Shown one piece after another: positions 34,301-49,300 of a stretch of 64,000 nt of DNA. Position numbers and translations under genes: made by a program. Every line of letters starts with the position of its first letter. The stretch's first letter is position 1. The notes beneath the pieces are model-generated. The model was not told the origin of the DNA. It saw nothing but the letters and a program-made list of their open reading frames with translations, and ran no database searches. Source of the DNA: Ophelia neglecta (lineage: Eukaryota); the NCBI GenBank assembly GCA_965285935.1, contig OZ260661.1, forward strand, positions 118,792,001 to 118,856,000. The letters are read 5' to 3'.

Positions 34301-37300
34301 TAAAATGACCTGTCTTAACAGATCACCTCCAAAATGAAGCTGATAATTACCAGTCCCTTAGGTGGTCTTAATAAACAAGTGGCAGCGAAACCTGAGAATT
34401 GAGACCACCAGGAAAATCGGGTATATGATTTTATGAGTTTCTGCCCATCCTTGGTGGCCCACATTTTGTCATAATTTTATGACCCCCTATTTTTGGAATC
34501 ACAGTTTTGTGACTCCCCCATATATCTTTGCTTCCCCCCCCCCCCTCTTGTAAATAATGACCACCCCCTAAAGATTTAAATGTCTGAGGGATTTTTCTGT
34601 CACGACCCCACACGTCTGCCATTGCTGTTGTTATTTGTTGTTCTGCTTAAAGAAGTAATTTTCTGTCATGACCCCACACTTCTGCCATTGCTGTCGCTAT
34701 TTCATTTGTATTAGTTGCACAAATAGGATTCTGATTGAACATTTATACTATGTACAGACATGTGCTATTTCCTGTCTGGTATCAGAGTGACATTGATACT
34801 AATGTTTCAGTTTGAAGTGTGCATTACAAAAGTTTTCTTGAAAAGACCATGTTCATATTATATAACTTTTTGGAGCCTGATCCAAACCACATATAGTCTA
34901 TCAATCTAATGTATGGTGGTGTGTCCAAGCAAATTTATATTATCTTTTGACTGCCTCCACTATGATAGGTTCCATGACAGGTAATTATTTTTTGTCTCTT
35001 GCATGTAACATATTCATCCTGATTGACTGCATATTTTTGTCCAGTTCAGTGATTTTCTCATCCACATTTGATAATGATTTTTGCAGCTTGGTGACACTTG
35101 ATGGAGCTGAACGGTGTGGCAAACAATTGTTGAACTTCTTTGTTGCCTGCACTGCCACGGCCATTTTAAGGTCAATTTTGTAAATACATTACTGATATAC
35201 TTGTACTTGCATTTTATGTAAGATTATGCTATAGAACATTGATATAGTGCTTAAGTCATATATATAGCTCCCATCCCCCCTTAATATAAGCCATATTACA
35301 ATAACTTATATACTGGCCTTTTGGGCCATGTACGTGTACATGGACATTAAATTAAAGAGTTCCCAAAAAGGAGTACAGCAGACAAATGCAAATTATGAAT
35401 TACATTTCTTTTTGTTGATTATGCTTAATTGTTAGGGCTGTTCCAGATATTGTCCTCCAGGGAGAGGGGGGGGGGGGAGCTAAATATTGCATTTAAAGAC
35501 ATACTGGCATACAATCTTCAGCTTTGAAGGATTTGCCATAATGAGGAGAAGAAAATGGGAAATTACATGAAGGCTTTCCTTTGGCAACTCCACGACACTG
35601 CCACCAGAATGCCATGTACAAGTGTCATGGCTGCTGATGCCAGCCACTGTTTGCATATACATCTTTACTATAATTTTGTGCATAATAAATTACTGCAGAT
35701 GTGTCCAGGGCCTAGCAAATGGTTCCTCTTTAACTATTACCCAAGCGCAATTCAGCCAAGAGAGTACCAGTCTGACACTGACTCTGGTTTCATAGAGTTC
35801 CTAAGTTTTTGGGTAATATCCCTGGGTAACCCATGTTGTCAACGACAATACATATGAAAAAGGTCTAATTTTTGATGGGAACCCTGCCTCCCAAACACCT
35901 CACTGTGACTATCCTTTAACATATCCATGTTCCTCTATCCCCTGGATACAAATTTGTTAAGTACTGTAAACTTCAATATTTTCTCAGAATAACAGTTCAA
36001 GGAAGTTTGACGCGTGCCCTTATACACTGCTATTTTACTGTTTAGATCCACGAGAAGAGCACCATAAGCAGCTTAGGATGCTGATGGGGTGAGATGGAGC
36101 ACTTATCATGGACATCTTATCATCCTGCCCTGTGTTGACCCACTACGTATCTGCAGTGCAAAAGAGCCTTTAGAAGTCTCCTCAATTCAGTCCCGTTATT
36201 ATACTTATTCATCGTCATGCATAAACTTTACTTAACTTAGCTAATAAAAACATTCAACCTCAAACTGCTGTCTTTTTTATTGATTACCTATGTTTTTTGC
36301 CCCCCACATTCTTTGAAGAAAAAAAAGCGGGATATTTATTGGGCCTTGAGGTGGTAGCCTCTCCGCCTGCCTCAGGATGAATTTGTTTTGGCTGTAACTA
36401 AGCCTCCACGCTCAGAATCCCCTTTGCCATTATTGTTGTGCTTGGGGCTAGGGACTTTTTCAGGGATTCTTTCATGAACTTGTTTTTAACTGCTCCCTGT
36501 TTGAGCAAAATGTTTTATAGGTATGGCACTGAAATTGACAAATGAAGCGCCTATGCCTGATCATTCACTGATTGATGTTTGTTGGAAATCTGATAGTATT
36601 TAGTTGCCATGGCAACGGATATAAAAATGATTTTTTAATGCAGTCTATCTTCTTTAATATGGTAGTGAGGCAAAAAATTACCATAGGGAGGGCATAGAAA
36701 AGTGAATACTTCAATTGTAATGTGTTGCCTGCTTTGACCTTGACCTAAATTTGTAAGGTCAAATTGATAAAATCATGTTTTCAGCCTTTATTTTAACAGT
36801 TTGGCACCAATAGGAAACAGCATTTTTTGCATTTTATAAAGTTCTCCTATTTGACCTTGGTGTGCAATTTCAAGGTAAAATTACAGAATGATGAATTAAG
36901 CTTTAGCTTTATTTTAGTAGTTAGAGTCTAGTAGTATATATTCAAAACCTGTGGGAAAGAAGTTTTATCTTAGCTAGTTGTCAGATTTGACCTGGGTGTT
37001 CATTTCCAAGGACAAATTACCAAAGTGATGATACAGCCTTTATTTTAGTGGTTAGACCCTAGACTGGAAACAACATTTTTGGCATCTTTGATTTGACCTA
37101 GGTGTTCATTTTCAATGTCAAAGAAGAAAAGTGAAGAATTCTGCTTTTACTTTAGCAGTGAGGGCCTAAAATTTCATTGTGAACCTGTGGGAAACAACAA
37201 TTCTTGCTGCTTATTGAGCTCTCCAATTAGACCTTGGTTTTCAATTTAATTGGCAGTTAGAGCCTTGATTTACATTGGGAAGCATAGGAAATGATATTAT

Positions 37301-40300
37301 TGACAGGTACCGTATTTGACCCTTTAGAAGCCGCACAAAATACGTTTTTCAGGTCTTAAATTAGGGGTAAAATTATGTCAAAGTTTGGGGTGCGTCCTAT
37401 AATAGACTACAGGGTTGGAAAACTTTCAAAAATTTGATCGAAGCTCCGTCAGCGGTGGGCGAAAATAAAGGCAATTAAGGACAACCAATGCGACCACGCA
37501 AACGTTTTTAATACTTTGCACATCACACGCCCTCTGGTGATGATTGCCCCGGATGTGCAGGTGTCATGGCCTCGATCAACCTTAAACAACGTAGAACAAG
37601 TTATCTCGTTTTTTTGCTACTAAATGGCCCGATTGCTCAGCAAGTTATTCAAAAATAACTTTAGCTACAATCCTGAAGCATTTCGCCCTTATACCTTGCT
37701 GTTTTGGGGTAATATCCAGTGGTTTAGCCGTGGTTGCCCTTGATTTGCCGTGGTTGCCCGTGGTTGCCCCTTTTAAATACACCGTTATGTTTACAATAAA
37801 TTAGTGTCAGCGCAGTCGCTAGAGGTCAGCACTATGATCACTGCTGAGATAGTTATGGCGGCATTCGGAGAAGTGTTCTGGTGAGTGTGGCTTGTAGGTT
37901 GGGGAATCTCGATGAAGAGTGATTTGCGTTGAAACAGGCCTCGCTTATAAGCGGTAGGCCGAATTAATAATTGCTCTTAACCCTCAACGGATTTTAACAC
38001 CTCACGAATGAGAGCCTAATCTATTTTTGAAGTTTAAAATTTCTGACAAACAAGAGTACACAAATCCAACTTCAAAGGCGATGTCCAAACCTGGATGAGC
38101 GGCAAACTCACTGCATTCACAGGCGATGTGTAATTTACCGGGCCGTGGGCGAACGGATAGCAATTGAGGAAATACGCCAGTCGGGAACCATAGAGAACAG
38201 TTTCACAGTTTATCGGTAGGCCTATTTGATGATTTATGGCCCCGACTTGGCTAAAATTAGGGCGCGGCTTCTAATGGACTTTTTGGTGAAATAAAGTCAG
38301 TCTAAGAATATTCACACAGATTTCTTTAGAATTGGGGATGCGGCTTTTAATAGATATGAGGCTTCTAAAGGGTCAAATACGGTAATTTAGTTTTCAGATT
38401 TGACCTCTTTGCTGCCTTACAGCAAGCAAGGATGTCATTTTTAAGACACTAGTTTAAACTGTGTCAAAATTCTTAGAAATTGGGAATGATAAACACCAAA
38501 TAATGAAATTTGCCAAAATATGTACATTTAGGCCCAATCATACATATTGCTAGCATTTCAGTGCAATATGTAATGTGATGAATTTGATTTTTTTTTAAAT
38601 TCAATTTGGTCATTGTTATCACCTTAATATTAATCTCACATGATGCTCAACATGTAAAAGCCAGGTAGTGATTAGTATGAATCCACTTGGTCCTTTGGTC
38701 TTAAATGCTTCACCGCACCTGGGTACAAATTGACTACCTGTGAGGACAAACGACATTGTAATACATTATTGGCGAATGGGGCATATGAATCACCTGATCC
38801 TGTGGGATTGTGTCCCATGGTGTCTCAATGTATGCTCCCCTAGGAGTTGAAATTGTAAATGAGTGTCTGATGAAAAAGGTGAAACCAGTACAGTCATGTG
38901 AACAAGCTTGTCGAGAACAAGACCAAAAACCTGTATCTTCAGGACCTTTAACTTTAACACAATATAAAATATCTATCCTAGAAATATTAAACATATTCTA
39001 TATACAGTGTAATTTTACAGTTGGCCTTGTAAACCCACTAGTAATAATTCTGAATAAGGCTACATTTATGTTGTTTGTAAATTGTCTTAATTGTCTCTGT
39101 TTCAGTGACAATCAATCTCATGTTGCAATGTTAAAAGATGTATTTGAAATAACTCCACACAATGTGTTATAATGAATGTCATTTGTCTGAGCTTATACAG
39201 GTTTCTATGGTGTATTCTCCTCAGCAAAGAATTTCTCTTGGCTCAATTGTGGCATTACTGTTATTATTGTACATGTACGTGTGGGGTGCGTTAGTACCTC
39301 TTTAGTCCAGCCCACTCCCCTCATAACGTTCAAAGAGAAATTGCTTACTAAGAGCTTCTTTGCCACAGTCCATCATTAGTATTCTGGTCCATATTTTGTA
39401 TGAACAAAAATAGACGTTGCCCACTGATTTTTCTCATCATGTCATGTTTATGGATGTTTCAGTGGAAATGCGTAGGCCAAGTTTCTACCTGAAATGGCTT
39501 CTCACAATGGCTGTATGACCAAAATAGATTCCTCATATTTTTTTGGTCATCTCCTATGACAGTAAATTGATTATTCTGCCCACACTCAAAGTAACAAGTG
39601 TTACTCTTTTATTAAGTCATGTGATGTTAAAATGTATACTCAGTCTACTTATATGAGCCCAATCCAAATATTAACACTACTGTCTAATTTCTTTGTGCCA
39701 TAGTTGCCATGGACACTGATAGAATTGTATTTAGTGGTTATTACCGCTGCCCTTAACGAGCTCAGGTTGGCCACTTAATTGGTGCCTGATTCAATGACAT
39801 CCCATTAGTAGTGTTTGACATGTAGTATGGAGCTGTCAGAGCATGTTCTATTGAAGATGTATGTACAGTACCGGTATATATGACATGTTTGGCCTTGTTG
39901 GAATAATTCTTACTTCACCTTCAATTATAGTGACATTAGGCATGCATTGATTATCCTGCAATTAATAAATGTTGATCCTACCAGATTGTTACTTTGACCT
40001 TGTGGTTCATGTCCCTTAGCTGTCCTAGGCAATTTTTACCCCCCCCCCCCTTTTTTTTTAATGAAACAGGGTGGTGATTTGGAATGTCCTCCAGCCCACA
40101 CTGCTGCAGTCTCCTGCCACTGTTGTTGCCACTGTTTGAAATGGCTATCACTGGGCAACGGCTAGGCATACAGAAACCATTTTCCAGGGGTATACATTTT
40201 AGGCCTGCGTCCAAACTAATGCAGTTAGGAAGCTGAAATTTGAAAACCTGAAATTTCACTGCAAGGGTATGCCTTGGCATGAAATGTTTGGCTTTTGGTG

Positions 40301-43300
40301 GAAATCCAATTATATTTGGTTGCCATAGCTATAGCAGAAAGTATTATTCAGCACTTCACATTTAACTTTAACAGCTTTGTGCTCAAAATTTATTGTCAGC
40401 ATATATTGGAACCTCATACACTTGGGTTCCAGATATGTCATCAAATTTGACCTTGACCTATTTTAAAGTCAGATTGGATAATTCATTTACTTTTTATTTT
40501 ACTTTCCAGATTATTTATAGTGTTTTCAAAACTGATTTTACCTAATATTGAAGTTATTCACCTCCCAGGCTCTTTCTTATTGACCTTATTTGGGGTTGGA
40601 CACAAGTCTTTAATCCAATTTCCCCCTGGGGTGTATGCAATCGAATTCTCCATGTGGAAATCTTCATGTGAAATTCTGCAACAGATCTATGATTTGGTGT
40701 TTTTCAAAACAGGAGAGGTTAATTCTTGAATCTGACAAAATCGTCAGTTTCAGGTCATGGAGAGTTAGAAATCTGGTTTACTGGTGGAGATTCTCAGACA
40801 GCTTCAGGAAGGAGGGGGAAATTAAAAACCTGCCTGTCAAACAAGCATATGAGGCACACAGATATACAAAAGATAGTTCAGCTATATGAACAACTTACTA
40901 CAATCTAATTTCTAAGAATATATTTTTCCCCAGAAACAATGTCTATTACAGATTGACCTCTTGTCTGAGTAGTAGTATTTTTAAAAGCTTGGTCACTCCA
41001 GATGTTTTTATTATCTGAAGTCAGAAGTGGTAGTAGTAACTCTTCAAGCTTGTTATACTACTGAAGTGCCACTGTAGGCTCTATAAGTGGCAAGTATGCT
41101 TACTATCATTCACCATTCAGATTCCAGTTATACCTGAACTTCGTTTTAAGTGTAAATATATTATGAAAAACTTGCACTAAGATGGCTAATTCACTTAGTA
41201 TGTGTACGCATAGAAGCCATGGGTTTGCCACACTATTCCAGGGGCATGAGCACATTGAATGTCCAGCCTTTAATATCAGGTACTTTTGTTTTGTATTTAA
41301 GCAATTTGTATTCTCTGTGTTTTGGATTTAAAACAGCAATGTCAGTGACTGATTTTGGTGGACATGTGACCTTAGTTGTATTACTGCTATTAGAGAATGA
41401 GAACTTATAACAACCATTTTATGTATTAGTTCCCAACACTAGTAAGAAGTTCAAGATTTTTTTCATCTTGCTGCATTCTTTGGTCCATTTTAACAAAGGA
41501 GACTCTTCATGTTGAAAACCTTCCTCTTGATGATTGCGGGTATAGTCAAATTGCTTTGCTGCATTAAATTTAGATATACTAGCACATGACCTGTACATGT
41601 ATAATAGTAGTGTGTCCTATGTCAATACAGGCAATGGACAAATATATCTCAGGAATGGTCTTGTACATGTTCTGTTAAATGCCACAATTTCTTTGGCAAA
41701 TTATACAAATAAAAAAAGCCTGCAACCATTAACATTTTCATTTCAATTGTAACCCAGCTTTAGACTATTTTAACAATAGTCATAAATTAAATCTTAGCAA
41801 AATGGTCAATCTTATGAAATTGTGAACATGAAATGATGGTGGTGTGATGAGGCTGATAAGTAGAAATACATGTAGCTTTAACATTGATAAAGTGAGTGGA
41901 ATGAATCCTTGATGGTTGAGGATATTAAACTCTGTTACACAGTGGTCCTGCACTTTTGTGTCTCCTTAAGAGCCTAGATAAAAAACATTAACAACATATG
42001 ATATCCATCCTTCTTGTTGCAGACATATTACCAATTTTTTGTTCAACAGTCAGAAATGGTATGGAAATAAACTTTAAGATGGATTACTTTTGTAAATATT
42101 TTAAAGGAAAAATTGTACGCTGGATTATTGTCATACTCCCGATATATTCTGTTGTGAAAGAGGATAAATTTTTATTTGGAATTAATATAATCTGACTATT
42201 TTTGCATTTGACCTGAACAGTATGCACTATACATGTATATGGCTTGATGTACATGTATACAATTATTTTATAGATTTTCCATTATACTACATAAGACATT
42301 TCTGCCAACTATGATAATGTTGGTTGACAGGCTGTTTTTGTGATGGAGCGTTATTGGGTGTCCATTAATCTTGAATACAAGCATATGAAAACTAAAAGGA
42401 TATCAGAATAGCAGATGAAATGGTCCTTCTGATCCATGTCAGCGCTGTTGACAAGTAAGCATGCTATTACTCATGCTGAGAAAGGCTAAATTGCATACGA
42501 AAAGTCACAAAATATGATAGAATTCGAGACGGCAAGTTCAATCAATATCAAATCTACCATTCTCCACGGCATAGGATTCAGGCATCAGTGGAGCTGTTAT
42601 TGATGGAGCAGCAACTTTGAAGACCCTCTTGGTAGAAGACATAAAATGAGCATGGAGGGAATGTTAAGGTTTATTACCCCCCACCTTTTTCGAAGAAACA
42701 ATGGGGGGCTATATATTGGGCCCCAAGGTTGTTGGGTAGCCCTGCCGCTGCCTGCTGCGAGATGAATTTGTTTTGGATGTAAGTAAGTCACACCCCAATG
42801 CACATATACCATTTACCATTTGGCCATTATTTGACCTACATTTTCAATGTAAAATTGACAAAAGATGACAAAAAGAACAAACTGCTGTAACTAGGCAATG
42901 CATTGAAGCATTGAAACTCTCTAGCCTTGATTGATTGTGTTTGTGCCTGGTTTATTTTGGTATACTTTAATGAACTGACTACTATTACTACTGGTGCTGC
43001 AAAATGTTATTGTTCAAGTTCACTAGTGCAATACTACAAAAAGTATTACAGGTACGGTGCTAAAATTGATAGGGATGAAGCACCTTTGCCTGGCAATGAA
43101 TTGAGCAAATTTTGGGACAAATCTAAAGAAATACTTAGTTGACAAAGCAGTGGTTAAGGGTGTGCCCTTCTGGAAATTTCAGGTGGCTTCTTTGCATTTC
43201 TGGACATTTCACATCTCACCTTCACATTATGTATTGACTCTTCCGTTAGACTTTGTCGGGAGTGGACCACCCAAGAAACACATTACTGTCCTTTGCAATA

Positions 43301-46300
43301 GGTGGGAGGCATGCGTTTCTAAACACCTTGTTAACATCTGCTTTGTTTTCAGATGAAGCTGAAGGAGCTGGAGAGGTTTCTGCACACAGTACTCAAGTGG
43401 ACGGTAGAAGAGGAGCAAGTGCCACAGTTTGGGTGAGTTTTATTTTTCTGTCCCTTCTGCCAGATATTAGGTTTCCAAAAATAGCCAAAGATTTGGTTTA
43501 GGCAGCTAGAGACCTGGATAGAACCCTTATTATTTACAGGTAAGGTGTTATGTAATAAGTCATTACTAGTATATTACATGAATGTTGTAAAAAAAAGGCT
43601 TTGTGTAAATGGCAAAAGCATAGGCTTGATCTACAATATCAGTTCTTTTATAGTCCAAGCCTAAATAGGGTTCAATATAGGATGTGCCATTGCACAAGGG
43701 GCACAGTTTTAAAGATATTGGTGCAGTGAAATTTGCACACTGTGCCATTATTGCCCAATGATATGAACTTTGGCCTGAAGGAATTAAAGCACTGTGACCA
43801 GTAAAATGAATTATTTGTTTGTTTGTTGCCCTTGGCCTTTTTTGGAGCAAAATTTTGGGGATGTTAATAAAGGTATATCCTTTTCATTTCGCGCTAACTT
43901 CCAAACCCCTTGAGCCTCAGACTTTATATTGCACACATGGGATGTTAAGGCCTAATGAATTTTTTTCCAGTACAAATGTAGTATTTGGAATGCATTATTT
44001 ATACCACTTCAGTTATTGAAAATTTGCTTAAATTTTGTTTGCGCTCTGCTGCCAAATGTATCATAATATCTTAGCTGAAATTGACAAGGATGAGACTCAA
44101 AAAGATGAACATCAGCTGATAACTTTCGAAACGTATCAGATTATAATTATTTAGTTGCAATAGCAATGGCAAACAATGAATAGCAATTATTCATACTTTC
44201 TGGTATTTCTAAATTTTAGCAGTAAGGCATTCAACATGTATTGGTGGCAAATAGAATTTGATACATTGCAATTATGATGATATTATCACAGTTGACCTTG
44301 GCCTACTTTTTCAAGGTCAAATTGATAAAATCATGATTTTAGCATCTATTTTAGCAGTTAGAAGCTAGAAAAAACAGGGAACCTAGAGGAAACCACATTT
44401 TTTTGCATCTTAAAAAGTCCTCTGAATCGACCTTGGTGTTACTTTCCAAGGTCAAATGACAAAAATGATGAATGCAGCCTTCATTTTAACAGTCAAAGCC
44501 TAGAAGTACATTGGAAAGTGCATCTGTTCCTGTGGCTTACACACATAATGATCTTCCGGTGGGGCATGCCCCATACCCTATGGCAATCCCCCTCCCCCCC
44601 CCCCCCCCCCACACACACACTGTAAAAACAGATGCTTACACTTACTCTACTATGTCCCTGTACAAGCAAATTAAGGCCCCACTATTTTATTGGCACCCTT
44701 ACATAAAGTCCTAAATTGAACCCTGCCCCACCCCTTCAGCCCCATTTTGTCCAGGGTATATATAAGTTCAGGCTGGGTAGGGTTAACCCTTCTGTATGTT
44801 CATATTAACTGCAACTAGAGGCGAATACTGTTTTTGCCACAGATTTCGCTGTTTTCACAAAGCCAACCATAATTATTAAGTTAGGTTCTCTGAGGTATGG
44901 AATCTAGTTTGTAATTATAGACACTCCAATTTGTTCTTATTTTGGCCAATTATTTTATGCACTGAATTTACCTATTGTCAAGTTGATTTAATGTTGATTT
45001 AAATTTTAAATTAAAAGGGCTGTAATACACTAAAGTCATATGACATTGCATGACTTACATGTACATGAAACAGACATCAATAGACATTTGATTTTATGTC
45101 TTATTTTTTATCATGTGTGGGCATGTGTAATTATTCTTTTATCAAAATATTAAGCTAGTTTATTTGGCTTTTTTAGATGTGTGCTTTTGGTTAAAAAGAT
45201 AAATTGTTTTATTGTAATTATATCCGCGAAATGCGGATATTATGTTTTCAGTAGCACCGCCGCCACTGCCGCCTCCGCCGCAGATTTTAGTCGTTAACGC
45301 GATAACTCAAAAACCATTTCCTACATCTTTTTCAAATTCAACACAGCCATAGACCTTATTGAGAGGAGGAACTGATTAGATTCTGGTGAAAATCCAATAA
45401 TTATTAATTAGTTAAAACAATTAATTAATTACGTCAGAAACGCATTTTCTGCAATAACACAAAAAATATGTGATACATCTTTTTCTAATTTGACACAGCC
45501 ATAGACCTTATTGAGAGGAAGACCTGTATTTATTCTGGTGAATTTCTGATAATTATTAATAAGTTAAAATAATTAATTAATTATGTCAAAAACACATTTC
45601 CTATCATATATTCCAAAGTATAGATGATATTGGCTTGAAGTTTTGTGTCATGATTCATGTAATAACTATACACAATCTGTGTAATCAGTTAACTCGTTAA
45701 CTTTATTAATGACCTGAAAAAAATTTAGTTAAGGTGGTTTTGCATTATTCTTAAGGTCATATGGAACCAACTTTATTAATGACCTGCCTTATTATTGAGG
45801 TTATATAGAAGCTACTACAATCTGTGTAACAAGTTAACTAGTACTGTGTAATAAGTTAACTAGTTAACTTTATTAATGACCTGAAAAAAAATTAGTTAAA
45901 GCAGTTTTTCATTATTATTGAGGTCAAATGGAACCTACTACAATGTGTGTAATAAGTTAACTAGTTAACTTTATTAATGACCTGAAAAAAATTAGTTAAG
46001 GTCGTTTTGCATTATTATTGAGATGTTATGCAACCTACTAATAAGTTCACTAGTTCAATTTATTAATGACCTGAAAAAAAATAGTTAGGGTCACTTTGCA
46101 TTATTTTTGAGGTCATATGACACCAACTTTAAGAATGACCTGCATTATTATTGAGGTCAAATAGAACCTACTACAATCTGTGTAATAAGTAAACTAGTAC
46201 TGGGTAATAAGTTAACTAGTTTAACTTTATTAATGACCTGAACAAAATTTAGTTAAGGTTGTTATCTTTTGTGCCAACTAAAAACTACCATATTCACTAC

Positions 46301-49300
46301 CTCGCCTTATGCCATGTTCCCCATTCGATTATTGCACGCATTCGCGGATATACCCCTTCCTGTCGGCCCCCCGACAGCGTTGGCCTAGTTTTCCTTGATG
46401 AATTTCTTATTTGGCCCATTCCTTAAATCATCAGCATGCATGTACATCTATTTACATGTGTAGCGGACCCTGTGGGTACTGAAAACCTATTCATAAATAA
46501 TCAAGTTGTTAATTTTTAAATACCGCACCCTGGACATGTTCTTGATCTTTTTATGCCAGATTTGCAGCCTGACTGCCTGGATTTAATATTAATATTCTCA
46601 TGCTGCTAGTAGTTTGTGTCAGATCAATGTATCGTACTTCATCATTGACTTGTAGTGCATGGCTTGTAGCTGGGTGGAGTTTTGAAAAGCAGGCTGCAGC
46701 TATTTCTCATATCACTGTTTGTTATGCCCCAGGGAGCCTCTGCCCATTGCTCTGGTGAGGTAGGATCGTTACTCCTTTCAGTTTGTACTTTACACTGTAT
46801 ACAGTGAAAGATGGTCTATTGACCTTAGCTGTTTGGCTAAAAGCTGGAGTCCATAACAGTGGGCATAGCTCTAGGCATAGGTTTCTAGGAGCACAAGTGC
46901 TCATGTCAGACTGCCGAGCTGATACTTGTTTATCAGATGTCTTCAGGGAAAATTCAGTATGGCGAGGATATCACTTGTAGTGAGTGAGCATTTAGAGACT
47001 TGCCAGAAAGATTATGGACTGACTGGCTGATAGTGGAGGCAGGTGGCCTGCTGAACTTCATACAGCTCAGGGGAATGCCAAATACACCTGGCAACTAAAC
47101 CACTATAAACACATATGTCAATACCTTTACATTGTTTAGATGTAGATCAAATAGGCTGTTTTGAAAGCTGAATCCTGATGATAAGAAAACCATGTTGCAA
47201 ATACAAGCTAGGTCTCCTAGTAGTAGGGGTGTACATTAGTTTGTAGGGGATGGAATGTTCAGTGTCTATACCAGAAGTATGATCACATTCATAGGCTTCT
47301 GGAGATCAGTTCCACTGAGCAAGTGATATTCCTCTCAATTTAACTGTTTGCTTATGCAGTCTGCTTGACATAAATCTTGTCTACAGAAGCAAGTTTTTAC
47401 ATGAAGAATTCTATGGTTTTATTGACTTTGATAGAAACATTAGTTGTCAGCCTAAAAAAAAGAAATGGATGCTAGCAATGACATTGGTCGTTTAACATTT
47501 GAGGCAATCCTCCTGGGAATTAGAATGACGCTGCTGTGGCTGATGCATTACACGGAAGACTCCGCTACTGATGGAACGGCGGTGGGTGGAAGCAAAAATC
47601 ATTGCATGTATACTGCACAATAAATTGCCCAATCGATCGATATGGACAGCCCTGAGCTGAAAGTTAGAGAGCAGGCTCATCAAAAGTAAGGCCTGCCACA
47701 TGCACTAGGCAGCAGACGGCTCCAAATGTGTGCCTTGTCACAGATAACCGGGTTGATTTGTCAAATCATGGCAGCAGGAATATCTGAAGGTCAGAATATG
47801 CGTCTTCTTACCACTTATGTATATATTCTCTAGAACTGGTGTGAGTAGTTTGAGTAAACTTCACCTTTGCTTTTATCCACTTGGATATCTTCAAACACAA
47901 CTGAAGTGATTCAATTGGAATAAACTCATTCAACACTACAGCACTCTACAGAGGGCAGATACCCCTTTAGTTACAGATATTTAGAGCTGAAAGGGTAACT
48001 TCCTTATTCAGTACTCCACTTGGTGTGTTTTCATGCCCAGGAGAAGCTGAAGCTACCCATTTTGTGTCAGGACTTCCCTCAAACTATTTGATTCAGTATA
48101 TTCTGTAAAAATGTGGTGCGATGTGCTCACTTTATAGTCAGCATGTGTACATGTATGTACATGAGCACTAGTATTGTTCTCCAAAAGAGCTTCTGTATGT
48201 CCATGCACACATGTACTTGTACATGTATGTCTAAACTGACACTCAGGTGATCAATTTGTTTACAAAATGTGTTTGCTTTGTGTTCATGTCAGATATGAGA
48301 TTGATACATGTATAACAAATAAATATTAGACTGTACTTGTTCTGAGATAAAGGGAGGCCTTGGACTGTAAAACAACATTGTTGGACTGGAGAGGGATCAT
48401 CTTCATTGACCTTCTTCATATCATCTTTGTCAAGTTAGCACTCAAATAAATTGCCTGTGTTAAGAACTCACATGTACCTGCAGCTAGCAATATACCAATG
48501 GTGTATCAACCTTAGAAGTGAGAAAACCACAGTTCCTTTTTAAATGTGTGCATCCTTATAAACCGAAAGCTTGTAGGATTTTATAACCAAAGAGTTGAGA
48601 ATTGTGAAATTGTGTGAAACCACAATTTTAAATGCTACTGGATGATCAAGTATGTTTTATATTTTCAATATATTTCTTCTTTATATTTAGGGAACAATTA
48701 GTGAAATATTTCAGTTTTGATTGTTAAAGTTATGCTTTACTTTAGCATGGACACTTTATTCTTGTGGTTTGTATAGATATTTGCAATGGCATATGCGATC
48801 AATTAACTAGCGCCTGCAAACATTGTAACTATTGCTCGTTGGATCGATGGCAATTGTAATTAAACCACATACAACAAATCTACATGCCTTTTGAAGTCTT
48901 GTGGCATGACTACAAACCAGTGAAAACTCCATCTGTTAACCATGATAACATGACAACAGACCAGTTGAAACCAGTTGAAACCAAATCTGTTATCCATGAT
49001 AACATGATTATTAACCAGTCAAAAAACCCATCTGTTAACCTTGATAACATGACTACAAACCAATCTAAACCACATCTGTTAACCATGATAACATGACTAC
49101 AAACCAGTTAAAAACCACATCTGTTAACCTTGATAACATGACTACAAACCAGTCCAAACCACAACTGTAAACCATGATAACATGACTACAAACCAGTCCA
49201 AACCACAACTGTAAACCATGATAACATGACTACAAACCAGTTAAAAACCACAACTGTAAACCATGATAACATGTCTACAAACCAGTCCAAACCACAACTG

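Noticed and set aside
47480-47800. GC-richer intronic block, possible enhancer or ncRNA
   Set aside because: No diagnostic motif or structure; needs cross-species conservation data
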